Below, in pieces: positions 29,791 through 40,250 of a DNA stretch of 64,000 nucleotides. Made by a program: the position numbers and the translations under genes. The stretch lies in the NCBI GenBank assembly GCA_963720465.1, contig OY970393.1:224001-288000 (forward strand), given 5' to 3'. Origin of the DNA: Methanobacteriota archaeon. GTDB taxonomy: Archaea; Halobacteriota; Bog-38; Methanoflorentales; Methanoflorentaceae. Under the pieces are notes generated by a model. It ran no database searches and was not told where the DNA came from. It saw only the letters and a list, made by a program, of their open reading frames with translations. How positions within the stretch are numbered: position 1 is the first letter of the stretch; each line of letters starts with the position of its first letter.

Positions 29791-31026
29791 TCAACGCTCC
29801 AAACCTCGCGGATCTGTGATCTTCCCTTCGATCGCACTTGCTGCCGCTGTTGACGGACTCGATAGGTAAATGAACGAAGTGTTGTTACCCATCCTACCTT
29901 TGAAGTTTCTGTTTTGTGTGGAAAGGGCAACTTCTCCATCTCCCAAGGCGACCGTCCTTCCTATGCAAAAGCCGCATCCAGGGGGGCCTATCGAGGCGCC
30001 TGCCTTCAGAAGCGTTTCTAGGACTCCCTCTTTGAGGGCTTCTAGAAGGACATCGCGGCTTGCAGGGTAGACCACCAGTCGCGCTTTGCTCCGATGTCCG
30101 TCCAGAATGCGTGCTGCGGCGCGGAGATCTTCAATCCGTCCGTTGGTGCACGAGCCAATGCATACTTGGTCTAGCTCCTGACCTTCAACCTCTGTAACTG
30201 GAACGGCGTTATCGACTTTGTGGGGTTTAGCTATCATCGGAACGACAGTCTCGGCGCGAATACGGATCTCCTGAACGTAAAGGGCACCTTTATCGGCGTA
30301 TAAAGGCGTGAACTCATTGCCACGCCCGTACTGCGCTAGATACGCTTCAACCTTTTCATCTGCTGCGCACATTCCTACCTTTGCGCCGGCTTCAATCGCC
30401 ATGTTTGACAACGTTGCGCGGGACTCGATGCTCATCGCTTCAACAGTGTCGCCGTAGAATTCAAGAGCCTTATAAGTGGCTCCGTCGGCTGTTATTCGTG
30501 AAAGCAGTTCTAAGAATACGTCCTTCGAGTGAACGTTTTTCGGCAGTTTTCCAGAAACCTCTACGTGTACTGTTTCTGGCACTTTCAACCACGTTTTTCC
30601 GTAGGCCATGATCGAAGCTACGTCAGTCGAACCCATTCCGGTGGCGAAAGCGCCGAGTGCACCGTGGGTGCACGTGTGACTGTCCCCGCCTACGATTATC
30701 TTATAGGGCGACGCGTACCGTTCGAGGACAATTTGATGACAAATCCCATCACCATTTTCATAAAAATCCATTCCGTACGTATGGGCAAACTGCCGCATGA
30801 GCCTTTGGACGTTGGACACTTTCTCCGATGGAGAGGGTGATGCGTGATCGCAAAAAGCCACGACGCTTTCTGGAAATTTCACTGAGTGTCCGCCCAGTTC
30901 CTGGATCGCAAGCGGCAGTGTACCATCGTGGGCGAAAACCAAATCAACTGGGACGGTGACGATATCGCCACTCGCAGCATCAACCCCACTGCGCTTTGAT
31001 AGAACCTTCTCTGATATCGTTTTCAA
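29791..31026 (-). CDS. LeuC/HacA-type aconitase-family large subunit
   Basis: HDGT, DH, GICHQ, DSHTCT.GA, GSCTNGR, PGCGFCIG, STQNRNFKGRMG; GGAGG RBS before TTG. Confidence 0.93.
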   Translation of the reverse strand: MKTISEKVLSKRSGVDAASGDIVTVPVDLVFAHDGTLPLAIQELGGHSVKFPESVVAFCDHASPSPSEKVSNVQRLMRQFAHTYGMDFYENGDGICHQIVLERYASPYKIIVGGDSHTCTHGALGAFATGMGSTDVASIMAYGKTWLKVPETVHVEVSGKLPKNVHSKDVFLELLSRITADGATYKALEFYGDTVEAMSIESRATLSNMAIEAGAKVGMCAADEKVEAYLAQYGRGNEFTPLYADKGALYVQEIRIRAETVVPMIAKPHKVDNAVPVTEVEGQELDQVCIGSCTNGRIEDLRAAARILDGHRSKARLVVYPASRDVLLEALKEGVLETLLKAGASIGPPGCGFCIGRTVALGDGEVALSTQNRNFKGRMGNNTSFIYLSSPSTAAASAIEGKITDPRGLER

Positions 31027-31679
31027 GTGAATGACCTCCTCCGATTAGCGCCATCTTCAAAAAGTGTTCGCCCAAGTCGCACAGAATCCTTGAGTTACGT
31101 CGTGCTCTAAATAGTGGTTACGCTGAGTTAGCTATTATCTTTTCCGGTGTCCATCGCTTGTCTTCTCTGGCTTGTCGCGCGCGATTACTTCGTCTGAATC
31201 TTAGGACGGCAAGGATGGCGGCTACCAAGATGGACAACGCCGCCGCTGCGATGCCGTCGTACGTTGACGTTTTTGTCTTCCAATTCGCCCTGAAATAGAA
31301 TCCAGCGAAAGCCAGAGCGACTGCGCGATAAACGTTTGTAACGCGAGCACTCAACACTACATGGATTTTCAATCACGCTTAGCTTCTGTTTAAGCAATCT
31401 CCGTGCTTGAACATCTTGCTGGACAACAAGATGCAAAGAACAACTGATTCTAAACGAAAACAGTGGTTCGATTTTGCTTCAGACAGTTTAGGGAAACTTA
31501 TGCTTGGTCACCAGCGCAATGTCGAAGCAGTAAAAGAGTTTTTCGATTTTATCCTAGATTTCCGCTTTTTCCTCGTTATTCTTCTTAGCTACCTATGTGT
31601 ATGTTGAGGAAGAAAAGAAGAGCGAAATCCGTGAGGGACTCGCTGAAGGAACGCTCTGGCAGTCATGATGACTCACTTA

Positions 31680-32957
31680 TCACAGATAGTGTGACCGCCT
31701 CAAGGCGTAGATTGCAATAGGTATGCCGAGAGCCGCACCAAGACTCTGCGATATAGTCGTCGCATATGCGGCACCTAAAGCGCCCATAGCCGGTATTAAA
31801 ATCAAGTTCAGCCCAACGTTCACCCCCGTCAAATAGGTTGCATTCAGCACGTGTACCTTCTGATTGTTCGTTGCGTCCAGCAAGAGGCCGGTTGGGATGG
31901 TTACCAAGTTCACGGCAAATCCGATGACAAGGATGTTGATGAACACGATAGACTCAGCGAATTTTGGGCCGAAGGCGAAAATCATAAGTTGCCCCCCGAA
32001 CGCGTACGTTACGCCGAGTATGACAAGTCCAGCTACAGCGAAGTAGCCCAGGTACTTCGACAGTTCCTTTTTGGAGACCTTCCTCTCGTGCACGGTTCTC
32101 GAAACAATGGGAAAGAACGCGCCGGTGAGCGCAAGCACAGCCATGTCCCCTATATTTACGTAGCTGACCGCTGGGGTGTACAGTCCGACCTGCGTCATGT
32201 TGGCCAACAGTGAGAGCATTATTGTGTCTATTCCTTGCCAGATTGTCCCAAGTACCCCCGCAATGCCAAACCACACGGCCGGCATTAGTATGGCATAATC
32301 TAATACGGGTCTGAAGTTCAGCTTGTAGTAGTGAATTCTTCGGCTGATTACGAAATTCAGCATCAGGCTGACAAAAGCGGCTATAATAATCGCAAGTATG
32401 ACACCGGGTACGCCAAGCCCTGCGATCAGAAAGACGAACGCGAGCGAGGAAAAAGTAATTCGTTCAGCGATCTGAATGATCGAGATATACTTCATGTCTT
32501 GGTAAATGCTGAAAACAGCGCTGAACATACTCCCGATGCCGCCCATCAAGAGCGTGATAGACATTAACACGATCAGCGCCTTCACCTCGAATGTGTAAGG
32601 GGTGAAAATATCGAATATGATCACAGCCAGCATCGATGCGAGGGACATGAAAAACTTGATCCCCATCGAGCTAAAAATGAGATGGTGTGTGTTTTCAGGG
32701 TTTTTTGCTCCTTCGCGGATTATGACTGTGTTGATCCCGAAATCAGTGAAGATGCCAAATAAGGTGACGAACGAGATCACCGTGATGTAAGAGCCAAAGT
32801 CTGGGACAGGCAGCACTCGCGCGATGTAAACGGTGATGACAAATGAGATTACTGCAGAGATCGCATTTCCACCAAACAAAAGCACGCTGTTCTTTATGCC
32901 GCGTACCACTGACCCGCGGCTCAACTTCGCTGTTTTTTCGTCATTAGTTGGTGCCAT
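31680..32957 (-). CDS. Wzx-type oligosaccharide flippase (MOP family)
   Basis: About 12 TM segments; YIAR.L...DFG, DFGI...IRE, D.IML, VGLY, N..LIP.MG..GAA.AT. Confidence 0.88.
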   Translation of the reverse strand: MAPTNDEKTAKLSRGSVVRGIKNSVLLFGGNAISAVISFVITVYIARVLPVPDFGSYITVISFVTLFGIFTDFGINTVIIREGAKNPENTHHLIFSSMGIKFFMSLASMLAVIIFDIFTPYTFEVKALIVLMSITLLMGGIGSMFSAVFSIYQDMKYISIIQIAERITFSSLAFVFLIAGLGVPGVILAIIIAAFVSLMLNFVISRRIHYYKLNFRPVLDYAILMPAVWFGIAGVLGTIWQGIDTIMLSLLANMTQVGLYTPAVSYVNIGDMAVLALTGAFFPIVSRTVHERKVSKKELSKYLGYFAVAGLVILGVTYAFGGQLMIFAFGPKFAESIVFINILVIGFAVNLVTIPTGLLLDATNNQKVHVLNATYLTGVNVGLNLILIPAMGALGAAYATTISQSLGAALGIPIAIYALRRSHYL

Positions 32958-33031
32958 CTCTTATGTGCTCACGTCTGCTAATCTACCAAAAAAGCAGCCC
33001 ACAAAACTCGAAGGGTTTGGCAGGGCGCAAA

Positions 33032-34237
33032 TCATTTGGCGTCGACGAGGCTTCCATAGATTCCTTCAAGCCTATCGACCACGGCGCTCCACGTGAATTG
33101 TTCAATTACCTTCGCCCTGCCTTGAATGCTCTTCTTTCGTTCCTGCTCCTCATTATCAAGAATATCAACGATATTTTCGGCAAGAGCTCGTGTATCCCCA
33201 TACTTAAATATTCTGCCGATATCACCGAGGACGTTGGGAATCCCTCCAACGTCTGAAGCAACAATTGGAGTACCACACGCCATTGCCTCTAGCAAAACGA
33301 TGCCAAAAGCTTCCCACTCGCTCGGCAGAACGAAAACGTTGGCAGCAGCATAACCTGACTTAAAAAGTTCGTAACTGTCTATATGGCCAGTGAACTCGAA
33401 GTAATCATCTAAATTGTTTGCCCATATCTTCTTTTTGAGCCTTTTAAGCACGCCCCAATCTTCTCCTACTATCACAAATTTTGTTTTAGGGTACTTCGCA
33501 ACGACGTCATATGACGCGTCGATCAAGTGTTCCAGTCCCTTATTATCGGCTAGTCTTCCGGTATACAGGACCATCTTCTCATCGTCTTCCATCTTATAGC
33601 GCCTCCGGAAAAGTCGACCGTCGGGAATAGGAGTCCAGTCTTCTATATCTAGTCCATTTGGAACGGTTACGCACTTCGTTAAGGGCGCGAATCTTCCGAT
33701 GAAAGGCTTTTCGCTGTCTGTTACAACCAGTACCTTATCGACCATTCTGTAAACGCGACGCGAAAAAAGGATGTCGTCTAGTCCCATGAAGAATCGTGCC
33801 GCGAGTGGTTCCACGTTAGACGGCGGATGAAAGTGAGGGGTGACCACTAGTGGCATCTGGTATCGTCCTTTTCGACGGCCCCGTTTCAATTTCGCCGCAG
33901 CGCATGCAAAAATCTGGTAATAGCGGTGCGAATGGGCGTGCACGACATCATCTTCAGCATCGAAAATTGTCTTGATCAAGCCAGGAATAGTTGGGTATGC
34001 TGCGTAAGGGAACGGGTATCGTTTAACGGGCAGTCGCACTACCCGCACGCCGTTGACGTAACTTTCTGCGGCGTAATCTTCAAAGCATTGCCAAGGCACC
34101 TGTGTTTTCAGGTTTGTTGTATAAACGGTTACGTCGTGACCTCGTTGCACCAATCGCTCTGAAATCTTTTGTATATGCGTTTCCACGCCGCCAGGAGCGA
34201 GATACCTAATGCAAACCTGCGCTATTTTCAATGTCAT
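33032..34237 (-). CDS. GT4 glycosyltransferase
   Basis: GGVE, VPNG.D, GRL...KG, PSEWEAFGIVLLEAMACG. Confidence 0.92.
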   Translation of the reverse strand: MTLKIAQVCIRYLAPGGVETHIQKISERLVQRGHDVTVYTTNLKTQVPWQCFEDYAAESYVNGVRVVRLPVKRYPFPYAAYPTIPGLIKTIFDAEDDVVHAHSHRYYQIFACAAAKLKRGRRKGRYQMPLVVTPHFHPPSNVEPLAARFFMGLDDILFSRRVYRMVDKVLVVTDSEKPFIGRFAPLTKCVTVPNGLDIEDWTPIPDGRLFRRRYKMEDDEKMVLYTGRLADNKGLEHLIDASYDVVAKYPKTKFVIVGEDWGVLKRLKKKIWANNLDDYFEFTGHIDSYELFKSGYAAANVFVLPSEWEAFGIVLLEAMACGTPIVASDVGGIPNVLGDIGRIFKYGDTRALAENIVDILDNEEQERKKSIQGRAKVIEQFTWSAVVDRLEGIYGSLVDAK

Positions 34238-34515
34238 CGACCATTTTTTTAGCGACTAAAACGAAGAAAGCGGATTTTTTTGAACTGAGTAGTACAAACG
34301 TTACGAAGCTGTATTTATTTGTAATATGACGAACAGATGGTTGCTCAAAGTGCTTAGCGTGCACCGTCCATATGAGCTCAGCAAAGGCGGTTGACGCACG
34401 CCTGAGATGAGAGCCAACTGCTCGAACGAAAGATCCACCGAAATCGAAGGTGCACGCATTCCAACCTTCGATTCAGAGCGATTATGAGTCGGAGCTTGTA
34501 ACGGCATAAAGGATT

Positions 34516-35679
34516 ATGAAAGTTACTGTCATAGCACCTTTTCCCCGACAAAAAGATGGGATACCACGGGTCGCTGAGGAGCTACTCAAAAGAATATCCG
34601 AGGCTACTGAAGTGGACGCGGTTTCAGTCCTTGCTCGTCAAGGCATGGACTTCCTCACTCCTTCTCTCCTCGTTAATCAAAAAGTCTCACTTTTTACGAT
34701 AGCGCGTTTTCTCACACCTCAGACTATGGTGAAACTCATACGCTTGTATAAGGAAAGTGATGTGGTACTATTCTTGGCACCACCGTGGGATGTGCTGGAC
34801 CCCTTAGAGGCCTTGTATTTTTTTCTTCTGCTCATCAAGTACGGCTTTCTGCCCAGGTCAAGATGGGTTCAAGTAGTGCACGATTTCATACCTTACATTT
34901 TTTCTGAGGACGGAATCCAAGGCAGGCGGACGATAAAGCTCTTCAATACGTTTCAAAAGCACTTCAGCGACGTTCCTGAAAAATATATCGCGGTCTCACA
35001 ATCAACGAAGAAGGACGCGATGCGTTTTTGGGGTCTGCAAGCGGACAGAGTTGTGGTGATTCACCACGGTCCGTTCATCGCTCCAAAAGCTCCTCGCAAT
35101 GATTTTGGAAGCAATAAGATCTTGATCGTGTCTGATATCTCCCCACGGAAAAATCACCTACGGCTGATAAAGGCGTTTGAGCTCGTACAAGAACTATCTA
35201 AAAATCCTTTGGAATTAGTTATCGCAGGATACATGAGAACCGCTATTCCCGAATTGGAGACCATCCTTCAAGATGTCAAAGTGCGAAATGAAAACAGCAA
35301 AATCACATTTGCGGGCTACTTGCCAGACGCCGACATACTGGCCCTCTATGAGCACGCTGACGTTTTTGTTTACCCTTCGCTTTACGAAGGATTTGGACTT
35401 CCTGTACTCGAGGCGATGGCGTGCGGGTGCCCGGTTATTGCATCGAACGTTTCTTCGCTGCCAGAAGTGGTCGGAGAAGCAGCTCTCCTCGTTGATCCTT
35501 ATGACGTCGAAGCGCTAGCGCACGCAATGCTCACAGTGCTCGAGGACGACGACTTAAAAAGGGAGATGAGTAGAAAAGGCGTAGCGCAAGCGCGGAAGTT
35601 TTCCTGGGAAAAGGCTGGTGAGGAATTGCTGGCGGTCTGCCGTGAAGTAGCAGAAAAAACAGGTCAAGCCACGTCTTAA
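34516..35679 (+). CDS. GT4 glycosyltransferase (MtfB-like)
   Basis: [41 protein letters not shown]. Confidence 0.92.
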   Translation: MKVTVIAPFPRQKDGIPRVAEELLKRISEATEVDAVSVLARQGMDFLTPSLLVNQKVSLFTIARFLTPQTMVKLIRLYKESDVVLFLAPPWDVLDPLEALYFFLLLIKYGFLPRSRWVQVVHDFIPYIFSEDGIQGRRTIKLFNTFQKHFSDVPEKYIAVSQSTKKDAMRFWGLQADRVVVIHHGPFIAPKAPRNDFGSNKILIVSDISPRKNHLRLIKAFELVQELSKNPLELVIAGYMRTAIPELETILQDVKVRNENSKITFAGYLPDADILALYEHADVFVYPSLYEGFGLPVLEAMACGCPVIASNVSSLPEVVGEAALLVDPYDVEALAHAMLTVLEDDDLKREMSRKGVAQARKFSWEKAGEELLAVCREVAEKTGQATS

Positions 35680-35766
35680 AAGCGAAATAGCGCGTCGCTG
35701 AGGCGTACGTACAATAAGCGGGAAGGCGCGGAGCTTCGGCAGGCGCAGAAAAGCTTTTTTTTGGCG

Positions 35767-36867
35767 TTACAGGTCGACGCCACAAGCTTCGAAAGCGCTC
35801 TTAAGTATGGACACGATGCGCTGCCCTGAGTCGCCGTTACCGAATGGGTTATCCCAGTTGCGTGGCTTGTTTAGCATCGCTCGTGCACCTGTTACGATCT
35901 GATCAGCGTTGGTACCAACCACTAGGTTGCTATGGACTGCCACCGTCTCAGGCCTTTCGGTGTTATCTCTAACCGTTATGCACGGGACTTTTAGAATGCA
36001 CGCCTCTTCTTGCACACCTCCAGAGTCGGTGATAACAAGCTTCGCATTTGCTTCCAACAGCAAGAACTCGAGAAAACCGATAGGAGAAGTCGATATGACG
36101 CCATCTAAGGCTAGATCGAACTCTGCGACGCGCTTTTTGGTTCGTGGATGCATCGGGAATATTATCGGCGCGTCGAACTCATCGTGCAGCGCTTTCAATC
36201 CTTTCAAAATTCCGCTAAGGCGTTCTTTGTTGTCGACGTTCTCTTGTCTATGCGCGGTTGTTAGAAAGTAGTTTCTTTCGTCAATATTCAGCTCTTCCAG
36301 AATACTGGCTCTTTTTTGTGCAATTTTTAGGTTTTGGTAGACTGCGTCCACGATCGTGTTACCCGTCACCGATATCTTGTTTGAAGGAATTCCTTCGGCT
36401 AAGAGATTCGCTTCTGCTTTCGCTGTTGGGGCAAACAGGAAATCGGAGATATGATCAGTAAGCACGCGGTTTATTTCTTCTGGCATGAATCTGTCGTAGC
36501 TTCGCAAGCCTGCTTCTACGTGCCCCACTTCGACGTGCAGCTTCGTCGCTGCATACGCGCTTGCAAAGACGGAATTCGTGTCTCCTTCCACTAAAACCAC
36601 GTCTGGCTGCTCTGTAATCAAAGCGCTCTCGACGCCAACCAGGATCCTGCCGGTTTGTTCTGCGTCTGTGCCGGATCCGACGCTAAGCGCATAGTCTGCG
36701 TCACGAAGCTCTAGCTCTTCAAAAAAGACCTTATCCATCTCGTACGAATAGTGCTGCCCGGTGTGTATAATCAATTCATCTATTGATTGTTTTTCACATT
36801 CGCGGATCACCGGGGCCATCTTGATTATTTCAGGCCGAGTCCCGACGACAAATGCTAACATGGACAC
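35767..36867 (-). CDS. wecB: UDP-GlcNAc 2-epimerase (non-hydrolysing)
   Basis: GTRPEIIK, HTGQHY, GDTNS, HVEAGLRS, PEEINR, TDSGG.QEE, TERPE. Confidence 0.95.
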   Translation of the reverse strand: MSMLAFVVGTRPEIIKMAPVIRECEKQSIDELIIHTGQHYSYEMDKVFFEELELRDADYALSVGSGTDAEQTGRILVGVESALITEQPDVVLVEGDTNSVFASAYAATKLHVEVGHVEAGLRSYDRFMPEEINRVLTDHISDFLFAPTAKAEANLLAEGIPSNKISVTGNTIVDAVYQNLKIAQKRASILEELNIDERNYFLTTAHRQENVDNKERLSGILKGLKALHDEFDAPIIFPMHPRTKKRVAEFDLALDGVISTSPIGFLEFLLLEANAKLVITDSGGVQEEACILKVPCITVRDNTERPETVAVHSNLVVGTNADQIVTGARAMLNKPRNWDNPFGNGDSGQRIVSILKSAFEACGVDL

Positions 36868-37300
36868 TTATAATGCGCCTACTTCGTCTGACAGCTGTGC
36901 GAGTTCGCATTTTTGTCTATTTATAGTACGAATTATTAGTCCAGCTATGGAATGAGCTTCTACATAATGTTTGTTAGGAATTGGATATGGTACTACGACC
37001 TAGGACGTTGAAATCTGGTGGTTTAGTGCGAATCTCGCTCTCAACCTCGAGGGAATACTGGGACTGAAGACCTGAGGAATATCGCAACAACGCAAGTTGG
37101 AATTACGACGTTGTTGGCTAACCTGATCAAGGCGCCAGTCTTAAAAAGCATCGTCCGGAGTAAAAAATAGGTTAAAAAGCGAGTGCTAGCTCTTCTTTGC
37201 AACCTGGATAACCCGCTAATCCGTTTTGCTGTCTTCAGGGCCGCCTGTTGAGGCTGTGCAGGGTGTGCGCTTGTGCGGAGCACCTTTGGATTGTTTCTCC

Positions 37301-38323
37301 TTAAATGTAGACCACTTGAACCTTTGGGTGTTTTTTGCGAAGCTCCTGGCATAGTGCGTTGAACTTACCCTCGGTACCGGGGAACGGGTCTACTAAGATG
37401 ATATCTACTTCGCAATCTTGAATACTGAACTCCTGAAAATCGCCATGATAAAGCTCTATCACGCCGTTATCGGTGGTAGCTGTGCAGAATAGTTCAGGGG
37501 TCTTATCTGACTCTCTTTTGGTCGTTGACGTGCGCTTTATCGTCCGTATGCTGAGTATTCTTTTGTTCACCCGCAAGTTGAGATACGCATTCTCCACGGC
37601 AGGCAGCCAAGCGTCGTTTAGAATTACTCTTTGAGCGCCCATGAGCACACTCATAAGACCCAGGGAACCTGGCCCGGCGAGTGCGTCAAGCACGACGCGG
37701 CCTGATACTGGAAGCGCTCCGAGTTTTGCCATCTTGACCGCATTGTCGTATTCTATATGAATCTTTGATTGGCTCTTGTAAATTAGGATCTGCCCATAAG
37801 CTGAAGCGACTAGGTCGGCTCGGATGTCGCAACCCGCCAAGACGCGACACGTGTGTGGCTGGGCTTGGCTGTGAGCTAGACCGATTACTCGCTTTGTATC
37901 TCCAAAGATCACTCCTGCGACTTCAGGTACCTCTCGGAGAATTCTGCCGCTCGCATCTGCGATAAGTCGTTGATTGGTCATGAGAAGCAGGTTGTGGTAT
38001 CCGATATGTGGCGGAGCGTATGTAGGGACGCCTGGTGACAACAGCGGGGTACCTACTTCTCGAAGCGACAGCTTTGGTCGATCTTTGCGCCGAACCGACG
38101 TGGCGAGTATGTGTGCCATCACGGCATCAAGGGGCCTTCTTCCACAGTTAGTGCACGTCAAATCGTTAAAATTGATGTCCGACAAATTGATTTCGTCTGT
38201 TTTCTTAAGAACCAAATCGTGACATGCCTGACACTTTGCGTACATTGTGGGGGCAATTTCAACGATGTGCTCGGCAGAAGTCACGCAGGAAAGGCTGCCG
38301 CAACTCGGGCAACGAAATCTCAT
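37301..38323 (-). CDS. Zn-ribbon + class I SAM-dependent methyltransferase, substrate unknown
   Basis: N-term CPSC/CQAC/CTNC; GCD.R.D; VLDALAGPGSLG SAM motif; ILVDP. Confidence 0.7.
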   Translation of the reverse strand: MRFRCPSCGSLSCVTSAEHIVEIAPTMYAKCQACHDLVLKKTDEINLSDINFNDLTCTNCGRRPLDAVMAHILATSVRRKDRPKLSLREVGTPLLSPGVPTYAPPHIGYHNLLLMTNQRLIADASGRILREVPEVAGVIFGDTKRVIGLAHSQAQPHTCRVLAGCDIRADLVASAYGQILIYKSQSKIHIEYDNAVKMAKLGALPVSGRVVLDALAGPGSLGLMSVLMGAQRVILNDAWLPAVENAYLNLRVNKRILSIRTIKRTSTTKRESDKTPELFCTATTDNGVIELYHGDFQEFSIQDCEVDIILVDPFPGTEGKFNALCQELRKKHPKVQVVYI

Positions 38324-38534
38324 CGCATTTGTTTTATTCTCTGCGTTATATAATGCTGTACCTTGGATAGTTCAAGCGCCGAATCAAATTTGTTAAAGCG
38401 CGAACCGAAAACAGGATCTTTGCGAATCTATAAATCGCAGGAAGCCGGGGCGGCCGAGGGCCCAACATAGGGCGAGCTGAATGAACAGAACTCGCACATA
38501 AAGCGCATGAGGAAAAATCGCCTATTGAAAAAAG

Positions 38535-38606
38535 TGGACCGGTCGGGAATTGAACCCGAGGCCTCTACCATGCCAAGGTAGCGATCTACCCCTGATCTAC
38601 CGGCCC
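38535..38606 (-). tRNA. tRNA-Ala(GGC)
   Basis: GGGCCGGTAGATCAGGGGTAGATCG-CTACC-TTGGCAT-GGTAG...GTTCAATTC...CCGGTCCA. Confidence 0.95.
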
Positions 38607-38875
38607 TTCTCTGCGCTCAGTTTGCCTTTAGTAGACTTCCCGAACACTTCAACAGCGTTTTTGGCTCAATGCCATATAAGCGTTACTTTGCGAGAAAGAA
38701 AGATTCGCGCGTCGCCGTCTGCTTAAGGAGCAGACAAGAATTGTTATATAATGCATTGACCCATAGGCATTGCGCTGCCAACGAATGGGCCCGTAGCTTA
38801 GCCAGGTTTGATTCCATTCTGTTTTGTTTCAGGACGGAGAATATGCACACGGCTGATAACCGTGAGGCCAGGCGT

Positions 38876-39340
38876 TCAAATCGCCTCGGGCCCATCATTT
38901 TTGACTGCGCGAGACGGCAATTTATAAGCCAAACCTTCACATATGGCGACGACGCGTTGATCGTCGGTTTTTACTACGATCTTATAAAGCGCGGTGCTTT
39001 TTCCTGAGCTCTCTTCCACAGCCTCTGCTACCAGCTGTGTGTTAACTTGGACAGGCCGTCGGTACGCGATGTGGAACGACAATGCGACTGCCGTCTGATC
39101 ATATGAGTTGCAAGCAGCTGCAAATGCTGCATCAGCGAGCGAAAAAATCAAGCCTCCGTGCGCAAAGCCATTAAAATTGAGCATTCGTTCCGCAACTGTC
39201 AGGTTCGCTTGAGCGTAGCCTCGTTCGATTTTTGTAATGTGAATTCCTAAAAAGCTCGAATAGCGGTCGCTTTTCAGCTTTCCCAAGACGCTGCCGAGCT
39301 CATTATTTTGAGTCTTTCTTCCAGGACTCATCACAATCAA
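38876..39340 (-). CDS. PaaI-family hotdog-fold thioesterase
   Basis: LN..G.AHGG.IFSLAD.AFA.ACN. Confidence 0.88.
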   Translation of the reverse strand: MIVMSPGRKTQNNELGSVLGKLKSDRYSSFLGIHITKIERGYAQANLTVAERMLNFNGFAHGGLIFSLADAAFAAACNSYDQTAVALSFHIAYRRPVQVNTQLVAEAVEESSGKSTALYKIVVKTDDQRVVAICEGLAYKLPSRAVKNDGPEAI

Positions 39341-39495
39341 CTACCATACTCATTCTTGTCGCTCTGACGTTCAGCTGCACCGGCCCTGTTTATCCGCGTG
39401 CACCAATTTACGGGGCTGGTCTATGGGCCGAAACCGCTAAGCCCTAGTGTACGTGTATTTTGGGTTTTGGAGGGTCCCGTATCTACGGTACGAGC

Positions 39496-39879
39496 TTACT
39501 CTGGCTTAGGCGCGGCTTTTGCAAATATTTCATCTATCTTAGCTGCCACTATGAAATCGTTTTCAGACAACCCTCTTATGTTGTGGGTCGTAAGACTGAT
39601 TCGCACGTAGCTGTAGGACACGAAAATGTCTGGATGGTGCCCTTCAGCTTCTGCCAGTTGCGCCACTTCATTGATGAAGCGCATCGACTCGATGAAGTTT
39701 TTGAACCTGAAACTTCGCACGATCTTTGTTGTGTCTTCCAGCTTCCACTTGGGCACCATGGGTAGAAGTCCATTGATGGTCTCCAGGTCAAACGGTTGCG
39801 TGCCGACTTCGCACGGTACGCAGTGTTTCTCCGTTAGACGCGAAGCGACGGTAGTCCCTTCGTTGCTCATCTTCAACAC
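39496..39879 (-). CDS. phhB: Pterin-4a-carbinolamine dehydratase
   Basis: CVPC, F.F.NF, AE.EGHHPD, THNI.GLSENDFI.AAKID. Confidence 0.92.
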   Translation of the reverse strand: MLKMSNEGTTVASRLTEKHCVPCEVGTQPFDLETINGLLPMVPKWKLEDTTKIVRSFRFKNFIESMRFINEVAQLAEAEGHHPDIFVSYSYVRISLTTHNIRGLSENDFIVAAKIDEIFAKAAPKPE

Positions 39880-40250
39880 CTTCTGAGTCTTGCGTCGTTG
39901 TATCGCTTAAGGTTATTGGAAACTGTTAGCACGACACTTGGGTGCAGGAGCACGTGACGTCGCTTGGGGACCAGAATTTTTGTAGTAAGTTTCTGCGCGA
40001 AAGCGCGAAAAAAAAAGCTTTGTCGCGCGTGCATTATCGCGCCGGACCATTGGCGCGTTTGCCAGTTTCTGCCTTCTCGCTCAGACGTGGAAAAGCTTGA
40101 GCGAGGTGCTCAAGGCCCCGGATTTCTGATTGGTGTACAGCAAGCGGGTCTTTTCGAAGTAAACTCTTGCAGACGAGGACCGCTGGCAGAGTAAATTTAT
40201 TAAGGCTCAACGAGCACTTAAGAAATACGTTAAGTGCAAACTAGCAGGAT

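Noticed and set aside
31661-31673. ATGATGA as a C-box of a C/D sRNA (within the AGTCATGATGACT palindrome)
   Set aside because: No suitably spaced CTGA D-box or terminal stem.
36986-37170. Tiny ORF MVLRPRTLKSGGLVRISLSTSREYWD with faint AbrB-like look
   Set aside because: Only 26 codons; similarity too weak to support without a search.
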